A DNA stretch of 64,000 nucleotides from positions 3,790 through 67,789 of the forward strand of contig JADIMB010000042.1 of assembly GCA_017694995.1 (NCBI GenBank), in the 5' to 3' direction. A program made the translations under genes and the position numbers. Numbering within the stretch: position 1 is the first letter of the stretch; every line of letters begins with the position of its first letter. The notes below the pieces were generated by a model, which saw only the letters and a list, made by a program, of their open reading frames with translations, did not search any database and was not told where the DNA came from. This document shows, piece by piece, positions 49,667-59,415 of this stretch. The stretch comes from Candidatus Cryptobacteroides faecavium (lineage in GTDB: Bacteria; Bacteroidota; Bacteroidia; Bacteroidales; UBA932).

Positions 49667-52483
49667 ATGGACAACGACAATACAGAATACATAGAAATAC
49701 GCGGTGCACGGGCCCACAACCTCAAAGGCGTGTCGCTCTCCATCCCGCGCGACAAGTTCGTGGTGATCACAGGACTGAGCGGCAGCGGGAAGTCATCCCT
49801 GGCGTTCGACACCATATATGCTGAAGGCCAGAGACGCTATATGGACACGCTGTCGGCATACGCCAAGCAGTTCATGGGCATACTCGAGAAGCCCGAAGTG
49901 GAAAGCATCAGCGGGCTCAGCCCGATAATAGCCATCGAGCAGAAGACCACGGGGAACAACCCCCGCTCCACAGTGGGGACAATCACGGAAATATACGATT
50001 TCCTCAGGCTCCTCTACGCCAAGGCCTCACGGGCATACTCCCCCGCGACCGGGAAGGAGATGGTCCGCTACACCGACCAGCAGATCGTGGAGCTCATCAT
50101 ACAGAACTACCAGGGACGCAAATGCTACCTGCTGGCCCCGCTGGTCAAAGGCCGCAAAGGACATTACAAGGAGCTCTTCGAGCAGCTGCGCCGGCGAGGA
50201 TACACCCAGGTGCGCATTGACGGTGAAATCTGTGACCTCTCGGGGGTCACCCAGCTTGACAGATACAAAGCCCACTTCATAGAGCTTGTCATAGACCGGC
50301 TCAAGCCTACAGGCGATGACCAGAAGCGCATAAGGGACTCCGTGATGTCCGCGCTCAACTACGGGAAAGGCTCCCTCGCGGTGATGGACCAGCAGTCGGG
50401 GGATGTGCACCACTACTCGAAGCATCTGGTATGTCCGGAGACCGGACTGTCGCTCGCAGAGCCGGCGCCGCACTCCTTCTCGTTCAACTCGCCGCAGGGG
50501 TATTGCCCGCATTGCAAAGGACTGGGGATGATAGTGGATGTGAACATGGACACCATTGTCCCGGACAGGACAGTATCCATAGCGGAAGGAGGCATTGTCC
50601 CCCTGGGCAAAATAAGAGAGACCAGAAAATTCGACATAATACGCTCAATAGCAAGGAAATACAATTTTTCATTATACGACCCGATCAATGAGATTCCGGA
50701 AGAAGTGATATCCCTGATTGTATTCGGGTCCGACGAGCTTTTCCGTGTGGGGGAAGGGGCCTCGTCCGAAATGGTGGCTTTCCCGGGAATCGTGGAGGAC
50801 ATCCCGGACAAGGTGGTCTGCCCGGTGTGCCACGGCACCCGTCTAAACCAGGAGACAAATTATTTCAAGATAGACGGGAAGACCATTTCCGAGGTGTCCG
50901 CAATGGAGATTTCGGCCCTGAAGCTCTGGCTGGACACTCTGGAGCCGAAGTTCTCGGCCAGGGAGAACGCCATAGCCCGGGACATTCTGAAGGAACTCCG
51001 GGAAAGGGTGTCCTTCCTGCTGGATGTCGGCCTGGAATACCTCTCGCTCGACAGGGCGACTTCCTCGCTCTCGGGTGGAGAAAGCCAGCGCATCAGGCTG
51101 GCCACGCAGATAGGGTCAAAGCTGGTGAACGTGCTCTACATCCTGGACGAGCCGAGCATAGGGCTGCACCAGAGGGACAACAGGAAGCTCATCGCCTCGC
51201 TCAAGAAGCTCCGTGACGAGGGTAATTCGGTGATGGTCGTGGAGCATGACATAGAGACCATGCTGGCGGCCGACTGGCTGGTGGATGTAGGCCCGGGGGC
51301 AGGAGAAGACGGGGGCAGGATATGCCTTTCCGCCCCTGTGGACGTGCTCATGGGGGGAAAACCCGCAGATGACCCGCACTTCATCATCGGGGAGTCGGTC
51401 ACCATGGACTACCTCACCGGGAAACGCAGTATAGAGATCCCGGCGGCAAGGAGGAAAGGCAACGGGACGTTCCTCGGGATACGCGGGGCCCGCGGCAACA
51501 ACCTGAAGAACATAGACGTCGACCTGCCACTGGGGATATTCATAGGCATAAGCGGGGTCAGCGGGAGCGGCAAGTCCTCTCTCATAAACGACACCCTTAT
51601 GCCCGTGCTCAAGAACAAGTTCTATAACGCCAAGATGCAGCCTCTCCCGTATGACAGCCTTACGGGGGTAGAGAATATTGACAAGCTGATTGAAATCGAC
51701 CAGTCCCCTATCGGGAGGACTCCGCGGAGCAACCCAGCGACGTTTACAGGGGTGTTCAACGACATAAGGTCACTGTTCGAATCCACTCCTGACGCAAAGG
51801 TGCGCGGATTCAAGGCCGGAAGGTTCTCGTTCAACGTCCCGGGAGGACGCTGCGAGGAATGTAAAGGCGCAGGTATCAAGGTCATAGAGATGAACTTCCT
51901 GCCTTCTGTCAATGTAGTGTGCAAGGAATGCCGGGGGCGCAGATATAAAGAAGACACCCTGGCTGTAAAATACAAGGGCAAGAACATCAATGATGTGCTG
52001 GAGATGTCCATCAGCGAGGCATACGAGTTCTTCAGCACGATACCGGCCATAGCCCAGAAGCTGAAGTCGCTGGTGGACGTAGGGCTGGGATATGTCCGGC
52101 TGGGCCAGTCCGCGGTCACACTCTCCGGAGGGGAGAGCCAGAGGATGAAGCTTGCCGCAGAGCTCGCACGCAGAAGCACAGGCAACACCCTCTACATCCT
52201 GGACGAACCCACGACAGGACTGCATTCAGAGGACATAAAGGTGCTGCTGGGAGTGCTCCAGCAGCTTGTGGACCAGGGCAACAGCGTGATAGTGATAGAG
52301 CACAACCTGGATGTGCTGAAGTGCGCGGACTACATCTTCGACATGGGCCCGGAAGGGGGCAATGCAGGGGGACGCATCGTCGCCCGGGGGACACCGGAGG
52401 AGCTCGCGGAAGACCCGGCATCGGTGACAGGACCGTTCCTCAAAGAAGTCCTCCGGAGACCTTCAGGACCACTCAGGCCATAA
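49667..52483 (+). CDS. uvrA: Excinuclease ABC subunit A
   Basis: GARAHNLK, GLSGSGKSS, FSFNSPQG, two LSGGE/LDEP ABC cassettes, zinc fingers. Confidence 0.97.
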   Translation: MDNDNTEYIEIRGARAHNLKGVSLSIPRDKFVVITGLSGSGKSSLAFDTIYAEGQRRYMDTLSAYAKQFMGILEKPEVESISGLSPIIAIEQKTTGNNPRSTVGTITEIYDFLRLLYAKASRAYSPATGKEMVRYTDQQIVELIIQNYQGRKCYLLAPLVKGRKGHYKELFEQLRRRGYTQVRIDGEICDLSGVTQLDRYKAHFIELVIDRLKPTGDDQKRIRDSVMSALNYGKGSLAVMDQQSGDVHHYSKHLVCPETGLSLAEPAPHSFSFNSPQGYCPHCKGLGMIVDVNMDTIVPDRTVSIAEGGIVPLGKIRETRKFDIIRSIARKYNFSLYDPINEIPEEVISLIVFGSDELFRVGEGASSEMVAFPGIVEDIPDKVVCPVCHGTRLNQETNYFKIDGKTISEVSAMEISALKLWLDTLEPKFSARENAIARDILKELRERVSFLLDVGLEYLSLDRATSSLSGGESQRIRLATQIGSKLVNVLYILDEPSIGLHQRDNRKLIASLKKLRDEGNSVMVVEHDIETMLAADWLVDVGPGAGEDGGRICLSAPVDVLMGGKPADDPHFIIGESVTMDYLTGKRSIEIPAARRKGNGTFLGIRGARGNNLKNIDVDLPLGIFIGISGVSGSGKSSLINDTLMPVLKNKFYNAKMQPLPYDSLTGVENIDKLIEIDQSPIGRTPRSNPATFTGVFNDIRSLFESTPDAKVRGFKAGRFSFNVPGGRCEECKGAGIKVIEMNFLPSVNVVCKECRGRRYKEDTLAVKYKGKNINDVLEMSISEAYEFFSTIPAIAQKLKSLVDVGLGYVRLGQSAVTLSGGESQRMKLAAELARRSTGNTLYILDEPTTGLHSEDIKVLLGVLQQLVDQGNSVIVIEHNLDVLKCADYIFDMGPEGGNAGGRIVARGTPEELAEDPASVTGPFLKEVLRRPSGPLRP

Positions 52484-52511
52484 AAGAATTTCCGAGAAAA
52501 AATCAAGAATT

Positions 52512-54227
52512 ATGGAAGAGATAAGGATATTCTGCGAAAACGACGGAGCATACCACAAGGTCGCCCCGGGGACGGATCTGCACGCATTGTCAGACATGAC
52601 GGCCAGGAGCGTCTACGATGACAAGTCCGGCACAGAACTGCCGGTGCTCGCCGCACTTGTGGACAACAGGCTGAAAGAGCTTGAGTTCAAGATCATGATG
52701 CCGCACACCATACGCTTCATAGGGTACAACCACCCGGACGGGCGCAGGACATACGTCAGGTCGCTGTGTTTCGTGCTGCGCAATGCCGTGAAGGAACTCT
52801 ATCCGGACAAGATCCTCGGCATAGACTACTCTCTTCCTAGCGGACTCTACTGCGAGATACACGAGCGCAAGGACAAGGAAGACGGGAGGCCGTCCATCTA
52901 CTACATCACGGATGAGGAGATTGAACGACTCAAATGCAAGATGCAGGAAATCATAAGCCGTGACCTGCCCTTCAGGAAGATAAAGATGACATTCGACGAG
53001 GTGCAGAAGATCTTCATGGACAGCGGACAGGATGACAAGGCACAGCTGCTGAGCTCCCTTGGCCACTACACATACAGTGTCTACATACTTGACAAGGAAG
53101 TGGACACCTTCTACGGCCCGCTCGTGCCCTCAACAGGCTACCTGCAGGTGTTTGACCTGATGGGATTCAGCAACGGGTTCTGCCTGCAGTTCCCGGCAGA
53201 AGGGAATGTGGGCAAGGTGATGCCTATGAAACGCCAGTCGAAACTGGCCGCCACGCTCAAGGAATACGCGGACTGGTGCGCGATTCTCGGTGTGAAAGGC
53301 GTAGGCACCCTCAACAAAAGCATAACCTCAGGACGTGCCGTAGAGCTCATCAACCTGTCCGAAGCCCTCCACGAGCGCAAATACGCCGACATCGCCGACC
53401 AGATCAACCAGCAGAGAGGCCGTCTGAAAATCGTGTTCATAGCAGGGCCGTCCAGCAGCGGGAAGACCTCCTCGTCAAAAAGGCTTGCCATACAGTGCAA
53501 GGTAGTGGGGCTCAACCCGAAAGTGATAGAACTGGACAACTATTTCGTGGACAGGGAGAAGACCCCGAAGGACGAGAACGGGGAATATGACTTCGAGTCT
53601 CTTGGGGCGATGGACCTGGAGCTGCTCAACCGCCAGCTTAACGAACTTCTCGAAGGCAGGCAGGTGGAGCTGCCGCGGTTCGACTTCAAGGAAGGACGGC
53701 GCCGCTTCGAAGGAGACTTCATGCAGCTCAAGGAAAACGACATCCTCATCATGGAAGGTATCCATGCCCTGAACCCCGCCATGACATCGGCCGTGGACGA
53801 CTCGCACATATTCAGGGTCTATGCATCCGCCCTGACTTCCCTGTCCCTGGACGAGAACAACAACATCTCCACATCAGACAACCGCCTCCTGCGCCGCATC
53901 GTCAGGGACAACCGCGTGCGCGGTGTGACTCCTGAAGAGACCATCATGCGCTGGCACAGCGTCCGCCGCGGCGAGAACAGGAACATCTTCCCGTTCCAGG
54001 AAAATGCGGACGTGGCGTTCAACTCGGCCCTCATCTTCGAGCTCCCGATGCTGAAATATTTCGCCGAACCGCTTCTGCGGCGGATCCTCCCTACATCCAA
54101 GGCCTACACAGAAGCAGTCCGGCTGCTCAAGTTCCTGGACTACATCGTAGCCCTCTCCCCTGACGAGATAGAAGCAATCCCGCCGACGTCCATCATGAGG
54201 GAGTTCATCGGCGGGCAGCTGCTGTAA
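52512..54227 (+). CDS. Nucleoside (uridine) kinase with N-terminal ThrRS-like domain
   Basis: AGPSSSGKT, LDNYFVDR, EGIHALNP, DNRLLRRIVRD, IPPTSIMREFIGG. Confidence 0.88.
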   Translation: MEEIRIFCENDGAYHKVAPGTDLHALSDMTARSVYDDKSGTELPVLAALVDNRLKELEFKIMMPHTIRFIGYNHPDGRRTYVRSLCFVLRNAVKELYPDKILGIDYSLPSGLYCEIHERKDKEDGRPSIYYITDEEIERLKCKMQEIISRDLPFRKIKMTFDEVQKIFMDSGQDDKAQLLSSLGHYTYSVYILDKEVDTFYGPLVPSTGYLQVFDLMGFSNGFCLQFPAEGNVGKVMPMKRQSKLAATLKEYADWCAILGVKGVGTLNKSITSGRAVELINLSEALHERKYADIADQINQQRGRLKIVFIAGPSSSGKTSSSKRLAIQCKVVGLNPKVIELDNYFVDREKTPKDENGEYDFESLGAMDLELLNRQLNELLEGRQVELPRFDFKEGRRRFEGDFMQLKENDILIMEGIHALNPAMTSAVDDSHIFRVYASALTSLSLDENNNISTSDNRLLRRIVRDNRVRGVTPEETIMRWHSVRRGENRNIFPFQENADVAFNSALIFELPMLKYFAEPLLRRILPTSKAYTEAVRLLKFLDYIVALSPDEIEAIPPTSIMREFIGGQLL

Positions 54228-54264
54228 AGAGAACAGGAACCCCTTCCCAATACAGTGGAGAGGA

Positions 54265-54750
54265 CTACAGGAACGGAGCCGGTACACCTGCTTCACTTGA
54301 CGACTTGACCTCCAGAGAAGAAGCCCTTACATCCTCGGGTATGGAGACACTCGTATAAATACACTCGTCCCCGCCGCCGGTCATGACAAGAGAGCCATTG
54401 TCCACAGACACCGTATATTCGGCACCCCATGAATTTCCGTCAGAATATTTTCCCGTCACAGTAGTCAGATTCACAATGGTATAAGTCCCGGAATAACGGC
54501 AGTAACTTTTACCGTCGTGAAGTCTCTGGAATATCTCGAATGTGTTGTCTTCGGCAAATGACACATATATATCCAGCCCTCCTGTCTCGTCAGTGGCAAG
54601 ACTTGATGCCGGTACACCGTTTATGCTTTCAAGCTTCCAGTCCCCGACTATATCCACAGGCTGTTCCTTGGTTTTTTTGCAGCAGACAAGCATAACTGCG
54701 CATACCGCCAATATAGACAATCTCATTATCTGTTTCATCTCAAACACCAT
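54265..54750 (-). CDS. Lipocalin-like domain lipoprotein
   Basis: Lipobox-like LVCC; IVGDWKL, YSGTY, GKYSDGNSWG. Confidence 0.7.
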   Translation of the reverse strand: MVFEMKQIMRLSILAVCAVMLVCCKKTKEQPVDIVGDWKLESINGVPASSLATDETGGLDIYVSFAEDNTFEIFQRLHDGKSYCRYSGTYTIVNLTTVTGKYSDGNSWGAEYTVSVDNGSLVMTGGGDECIYTSVSIPEDVRASSLEVKSSSEAGVPAPFL

Positions 54751-54762
54751 TTATATTATATA

Positions 54763-56808
54763 CTAGAGCCATCCGCCGTTTGAAGACTTGACATTGCGGG
54801 AAATTACAGAAATAGTCTTTGTCACCACCAAAGCTGACGGCGCATCCTGGCTGTCTGCGGACTCCCCTCCGACTACAGCAGTCAGAGTAATCTTCCCTGA
54901 TCCTATCTTTGTAGGCATGATTCTCAGTTTCCCGTACAGTATTTCCGGCTTTGCCTCAAGTCCGAGAGACTGCATATCCTCATCTGATATCTGAACATCC
55001 GTATATTCAAGCCGGGATGATTCACCTCCGAAATAATCATCAAGATTCAGGTTCTGGCTTTCACCGACCTTTGCAGTAAGGACCGGGGTCCCCTCTATCT
55101 GCATGAGAAGTTTCCAGGCATCTATGGTACCTGACCCCATTGCATCCTGATACGGAGCCAGCGACAGGCTACCAAGTGTAGAGCCGACAAGAGTCGTTTT
55201 CGAACCGGTCAGAAGGCCATTGAGATTATTTGTAGAGCTGAGAAGCATAGATATAAATTCATCTTTAGTATAATGCCTGCCGAGTTCCTTTGCGTATGAA
55301 AGGCCAAGGGCAGCCACTCCTGAAAGATTCGGGCAGGCCATTGAAGTGCCTTGCATATATCCATAATTCACCGCGCTTGTACCCAACGGGGCACCATTGT
55401 CGTCATACAGTTGCAGCGGTTCTGTAGGCATGGTAGAAAGTATCGCACCTTTTTCATTTTGCTGCCCGCCGGTATAATATTCTCCCCCAGGAGCGGCGAT
55501 ATCACAGCCAGGGCCATAATTTGTGTAATAGGCAGGGAGCCCGTCCGATGCAACTGCCGTTACTGATATACACCCCTTGTAGGCACCAGGATATGAAGCC
55601 ATAGGATATGCTTCGTTCCCGGCGGCGAAAATCACAAGCCCTCCGTCTACAATATTCCCGCCTCCTTCTTCCAAGAAATATTTCATGGCATTTATCTCAC
55701 TCAGATAATAGCCGTTGGCAGCAGACTCGTACATCTGGTCAGACATGAAGGTACCTCCCGGATAGCCATACGAGCATTGTGCTATATCAGCATGATTATC
55801 AGCCGCATAGACAAAGGCTCTCATTGCCGATGCGGCATCCCCGCCACCGGTGCCCTGGAAAATCTGGCATGACAAGATCCTGACCCCGTCGGAACTGCCG
55901 GAGCCGCCGGCGACACCGCAGACCCCAGTCCCGTTGTTGTTTACAGCGGCGACAGTCCCGGCCACATGCGTGCCGTGCCCGCTCAGCCCGTCTTCATTCC
56001 AGCTTAAAGTTCCTGCAGGGTTGCAGCAATTTATCCCATGGACATCATCCGTGTATCCGTTCCCGTCATCATCCACTCCGTTATCAGGAATCTCATCAGC
56101 ATTGACCCACATATTGGAAGCCAGGTCCGGATGGTCCCACTGGACAGGCTCGTCTATCACTGCAACAATCACAGAAGGGTCTCCGGCACACAGCCGCCAC
56201 ACGTCTTTTACATTTATATCTGCTCCTGCCCTTGCTGTAGGAGCGACTCCGAGATCTCCGACATTCTCATAGTGCCACTGGTCCGGGAGAGACGGATCAT
56301 TAAAGGCTCCACCGGCAGCTGCCCTTGTCGGCACTGCAGGGCCGTACTGCCATGAAACCTTGTCAGACGGACTGGTGAATATCGTATTATACTGCACAGC
56401 AGCCACAGCCTCAGATTTTGAAAGCTCTTCTGCTACAGTCCCCAGATCAGCGCCATCCGGCAAGAAAATTTCATAAACCCGGTCAAAGCCGTACTTGGCA
56501 TATACGGACTCCCTCTCTTCGTTATACGGTATAACTCTACGCATTGACACCGCACCAATGGAAGACAACGCGTCCTCCAGATTTTCAGGGACGCGGAAAC
56601 TTTCGGCTTCTCCATTGCCAGTACTTTTCATGGCCGGTGCGTCAGTCAGACATACAATGATGCTTTCCGCAGATGCCCCGGATGAAGAGTTGAGGATTTT
56701 CGACATTGGGGACACCGTGCTTTCCTGCAGCTCCGACGGCTCTTTCATACAGCCCGACACTACTCCTGCAAGCAACGCTGCCGCTGTAAAACCTTTAAAG
56801 ATTCTCAT
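54763..56808 (-). CDS. S8 subtilisin-like serine protease, lipoprotein
   Basis: Lipobox VSGC; triad VAVID, HGTHVAGTVAA, GTSMACP; oxyanion AAGNE; start placed at ATG 56808. Confidence 0.93.
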   Translation of the reverse strand: MRIFKGFTAAALLAGVVSGCMKEPSELQESTVSPMSKILNSSSGASAESIIVCLTDAPAMKSTGNGEAESFRVPENLEDALSSIGAVSMRRVIPYNEERESVYAKYGFDRVYEIFLPDGADLGTVAEELSKSEAVAAVQYNTIFTSPSDKVSWQYGPAVPTRAAAGGAFNDPSLPDQWHYENVGDLGVAPTARAGADINVKDVWRLCAGDPSVIVAVIDEPVQWDHPDLASNMWVNADEIPDNGVDDDGNGYTDDVHGINCCNPAGTLSWNEDGLSGHGTHVAGTVAAVNNNGTGVCGVAGGSGSSDGVRILSCQIFQGTGGGDAASAMRAFVYAADNHADIAQCSYGYPGGTFMSDQMYESAANGYYLSEINAMKYFLEEGGGNIVDGGLVIFAAGNEAYPMASYPGAYKGCISVTAVASDGLPAYYTNYGPGCDIAAPGGEYYTGGQQNEKGAILSTMPTEPLQLYDDNGAPLGTSAVNYGYMQGTSMACPNLSGVAALGLSYAKELGRHYTKDEFISMLLSSTNNLNGLLTGSKTTLVGSTLGSLSLAPYQDAMGSGTIDAWKLLMQIEGTPVLTAKVGESQNLNLDDYFGGESSRLEYTDVQISDEDMQSLGLEAKPEILYGKLRIMPTKIGSGKITLTAVVGGESADSQDAPSALVVTKTISVISRNVKSSNGGWL

Positions 56809-56834
56809 CAAGATAAAGAAGTTAACAATTAAAC

Positions 56835-56864
56835 AAAAAGGGCGGACCGGAATACCAGTCCGCC
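56835..56864 (-). terminator. Internal intrinsic terminator upstream of the S8 gene
   Basis: Minus strand GGCGGACTGG-TATT-CCGGTCCGCC-CTTTTTG. Confidence 0.7.
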
Positions 56865-56885
56865 ACATTATAGTAAATTAATCAC

Positions 56886-59369
56886 TTATTTCAAAACAGC
56901 GGCAGATACATTCCCTGAGCGGGATATCTCTGCTGAGGCCGGTCTGAATTCGCCTCCGGCCATTACAGCCGCCTCTACCTTGCGGGCGGCTCTTGTGACT
57001 TTTACATTATCAGCAATTTCCATAGGAACTACCCTTACAGGCTGTGACAGAATTTCATCGATGGCGGACTTTATCCTGCCCTCAGGAGTCTCGACACAAT
57101 TCATTGAAGAAATGAATCTGGTGCCGATAGCCTTGAGTTCACCTTTGGAAACTTTCGCCTTAGGAGCAGATGACGGGGCAGCTTCCGGTTTTACAAGAAG
57201 AGGATCTATCCAATATACCGCTCCACCGCCAAACTGCGTATAATCCGCATCTGCAAACATTCCGAGATAAAGATTGTCAATGCCCATTCCAGTCACATCC
57301 ATAAATGCCACATGGTTTTCATCCACATAAGCACCGAGCATTGCATAGTCAACAGTTGCGACCTGCTCACCTATTGCATGCATCAGTACAGGATAATATC
57401 CTGACTGTGCCTGAGGAAGTGTATTTGCAAGTGTGTAGACTACACCATTATAATAACTGAATGTAAAGGTGTCATCACTTATTCCGTAGTTTGCAGCGGA
57501 CGGACCGACAAGGCCTTTTACGCTGATATAGTCATCGTCAGGTGTATCTTCCTCAGCACTGTCCGAGATTGTCACTTTGCCGACGCTGACCCTGTTATTG
57601 ACACTTGGCCCGACAACTGCATCGTCAAATCCGTCTATTGCATAGAAATTCCATTCTCCGAAATATCCTTCAGCGGTAGCCGGGAGCAGATCTGCCTTGA
57701 TATCATCCATCCCGTATGTAATCTGGAGAGGATCAGATTCCCCTTCGGTCTTGGCGCTGACCAATTTCAGAGTCTCCTCATAACCGTTGGATGCATATAC
57801 GGCAAGAGTATAGTCCTCATTCGGATTCAGGCCAGTAAAGACACCTGACAGACCGTTACCGTTGATGGTCGTCACCTGCTCTGCCGAGAGTTCCGTATCT
57901 TCCACTGCAGCCTCAGAGAGCATGACCGACTTTATCACCTCAGGATCAGCACCTGCGATATATGAACTCTTGAACAACGTCATGTTTGCTACAGAGATAT
58001 CTTTACCATATACATAGAACTCCATTGAATTTTCAGATGTATATCCCTGCGGTGCATATTTGTCAGACACGACAAGTCCAGTCGTGAGTACAACAGGCAC
58101 TTCTTCTCCGGCAGCAACATATCCGAAAGACAATGAAGAGGATCCCTGGCTTGTGCCTGCAGCATCAAGATTCGAAGTTACCAGAGTATATACGCCAGTC
58201 TTCTCGAAAGACATGCTGTATACCCCTGAGGCTTCAAATACAGGGGCGTCAGCATCATTGTTGATTTCAGTGACCTTGGCTTCAATCTCAGTATCTGAAA
58301 GACTTCCTTCATAAACAGAGTATTTAGCCGTTGCCACATCATCGCCAAGAGAAACGTTGACTGCAAGCACACCGTTTTCAGAATATCCAGCCTGCAATCC
58401 CACAGAATAATCATAAGCCCTGAATCCAGGCAGGATAAGACGTGTCATACCTGAATTGTTGGCATAATAGAGAGCCCCTCCTGCATTCTCGAATGAAAAA
58501 AGGAGTCCCTGTGCCGGGAATTCAATTATACCGTCCTTCAAGGTCCCGTATAAATCAGAACTGTTTGACACTACTTCAGAAACATTCGAGCAGGCGTACA
58601 GCTGTCCGTCAGAGCTGCTCATGATAGCACCGAGCGGCTGATAAGGGATATAGACACGGTTCGGGTTGGTAGCATTCACAATGAATGATGCACCCAGTGC
58701 ATTGCCTGCAAACTGGTCGGCAGCACTTGCGTCACCAGCAAAAAGCACAGCTAGCATCTCCGCAGAATAAGGGTTCTCTACACGGTAATATCCAGGCATA
58801 TCATCTCTTTCATACACTACAACAGGAATCTCAGCATTAGGAGTGACCACATTATAGTTGGACGAAATTATGTCATCCCGCCACAAGCCTGTCTGAGAAC
58901 CGTCCTCCCCTACAAGCTTATTCCATTTGATCCTGGTTATAGAAAAATTGAGATATGAAGGATTGGAACCATATACAAGCGCATACTGCGGGTCTGTCAC
59001 CTCAATCGTGCACTCATAGTTGACTCCTACTTCAGAAGCATCAAAAGATACTGTAAACTGAGTCTCTTCCTGTCCGTCCGCGAATTCAATTGCAGACACC
59101 GTGAAAATTTCCGGGGTCTGAGAGAAAACTTCAACAGGGACTGTAATCGCACCTTCGGATTTCAGTCTGGATGCTGTGAAAGTCAATGATGTCGGAGCAG
59201 ACGGATCCAACAGATGTGCCCCTGAGTTTTCCTGTTCCGGGAAATATACTCCATAGCAATTCTCCAGATCCGGTTCCCCCGGAGTGTACTCGAGCTCCTC
59301 CGCACATGACGCCAATGAGAGCGGGAGGGCTGCCATCAGCATGTATGACAAATATTTGATTGTTTTCAT
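56886..59369 (-). CDS. Large surface lipoprotein of unknown function (SusE-position)
   Basis: Lipobox LASC, beta-rich acidic multi-domain protein directly downstream of SusD. Confidence 0.8.
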   Translation of the reverse strand: MKTIKYLSYMLMAALPLSLASCAEELEYTPGEPDLENCYGVYFPEQENSGAHLLDPSAPTSLTFTASRLKSEGAITVPVEVFSQTPEIFTVSAIEFADGQEETQFTVSFDASEVGVNYECTIEVTDPQYALVYGSNPSYLNFSITRIKWNKLVGEDGSQTGLWRDDIISSNYNVVTPNAEIPVVVYERDDMPGYYRVENPYSAEMLAVLFAGDASAADQFAGNALGASFIVNATNPNRVYIPYQPLGAIMSSSDGQLYACSNVSEVVSNSSDLYGTLKDGIIEFPAQGLLFSFENAGGALYYANNSGMTRLILPGFRAYDYSVGLQAGYSENGVLAVNVSLGDDVATAKYSVYEGSLSDTEIEAKVTEINNDADAPVFEASGVYSMSFEKTGVYTLVTSNLDAAGTSQGSSSLSFGYVAAGEEVPVVLTTGLVVSDKYAPQGYTSENSMEFYVYGKDISVANMTLFKSSYIAGADPEVIKSVMLSEAAVEDTELSAEQVTTINGNGLSGVFTGLNPNEDYTLAVYASNGYEETLKLVSAKTEGESDPLQITYGMDDIKADLLPATAEGYFGEWNFYAIDGFDDAVVGPSVNNRVSVGKVTISDSAEEDTPDDDYISVKGLVGPSAANYGISDDTFTFSYYNGVVYTLANTLPQAQSGYYPVLMHAIGEQVATVDYAMLGAYVDENHVAFMDVTGMGIDNLYLGMFADADYTQFGGGAVYWIDPLLVKPEAAPSSAPKAKVSKGELKAIGTRFISSMNCVETPEGRIKSAIDEILSQPVRVVPMEIADNVKVTRAARKVEAAVMAGGEFRPASAEISRSGNVSAAVLK

Positions 59370-59415
59370 AGTTGATTTCTAAATTAAAAACAAACGCCAG
59401 TGAATAATTCATCCT

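Noticed and set aside
48835-49815. 326-aa minus-strand ORF
   Set aside because: Antisense to the MBL hydrolase and uvrA start; no recognisable domain
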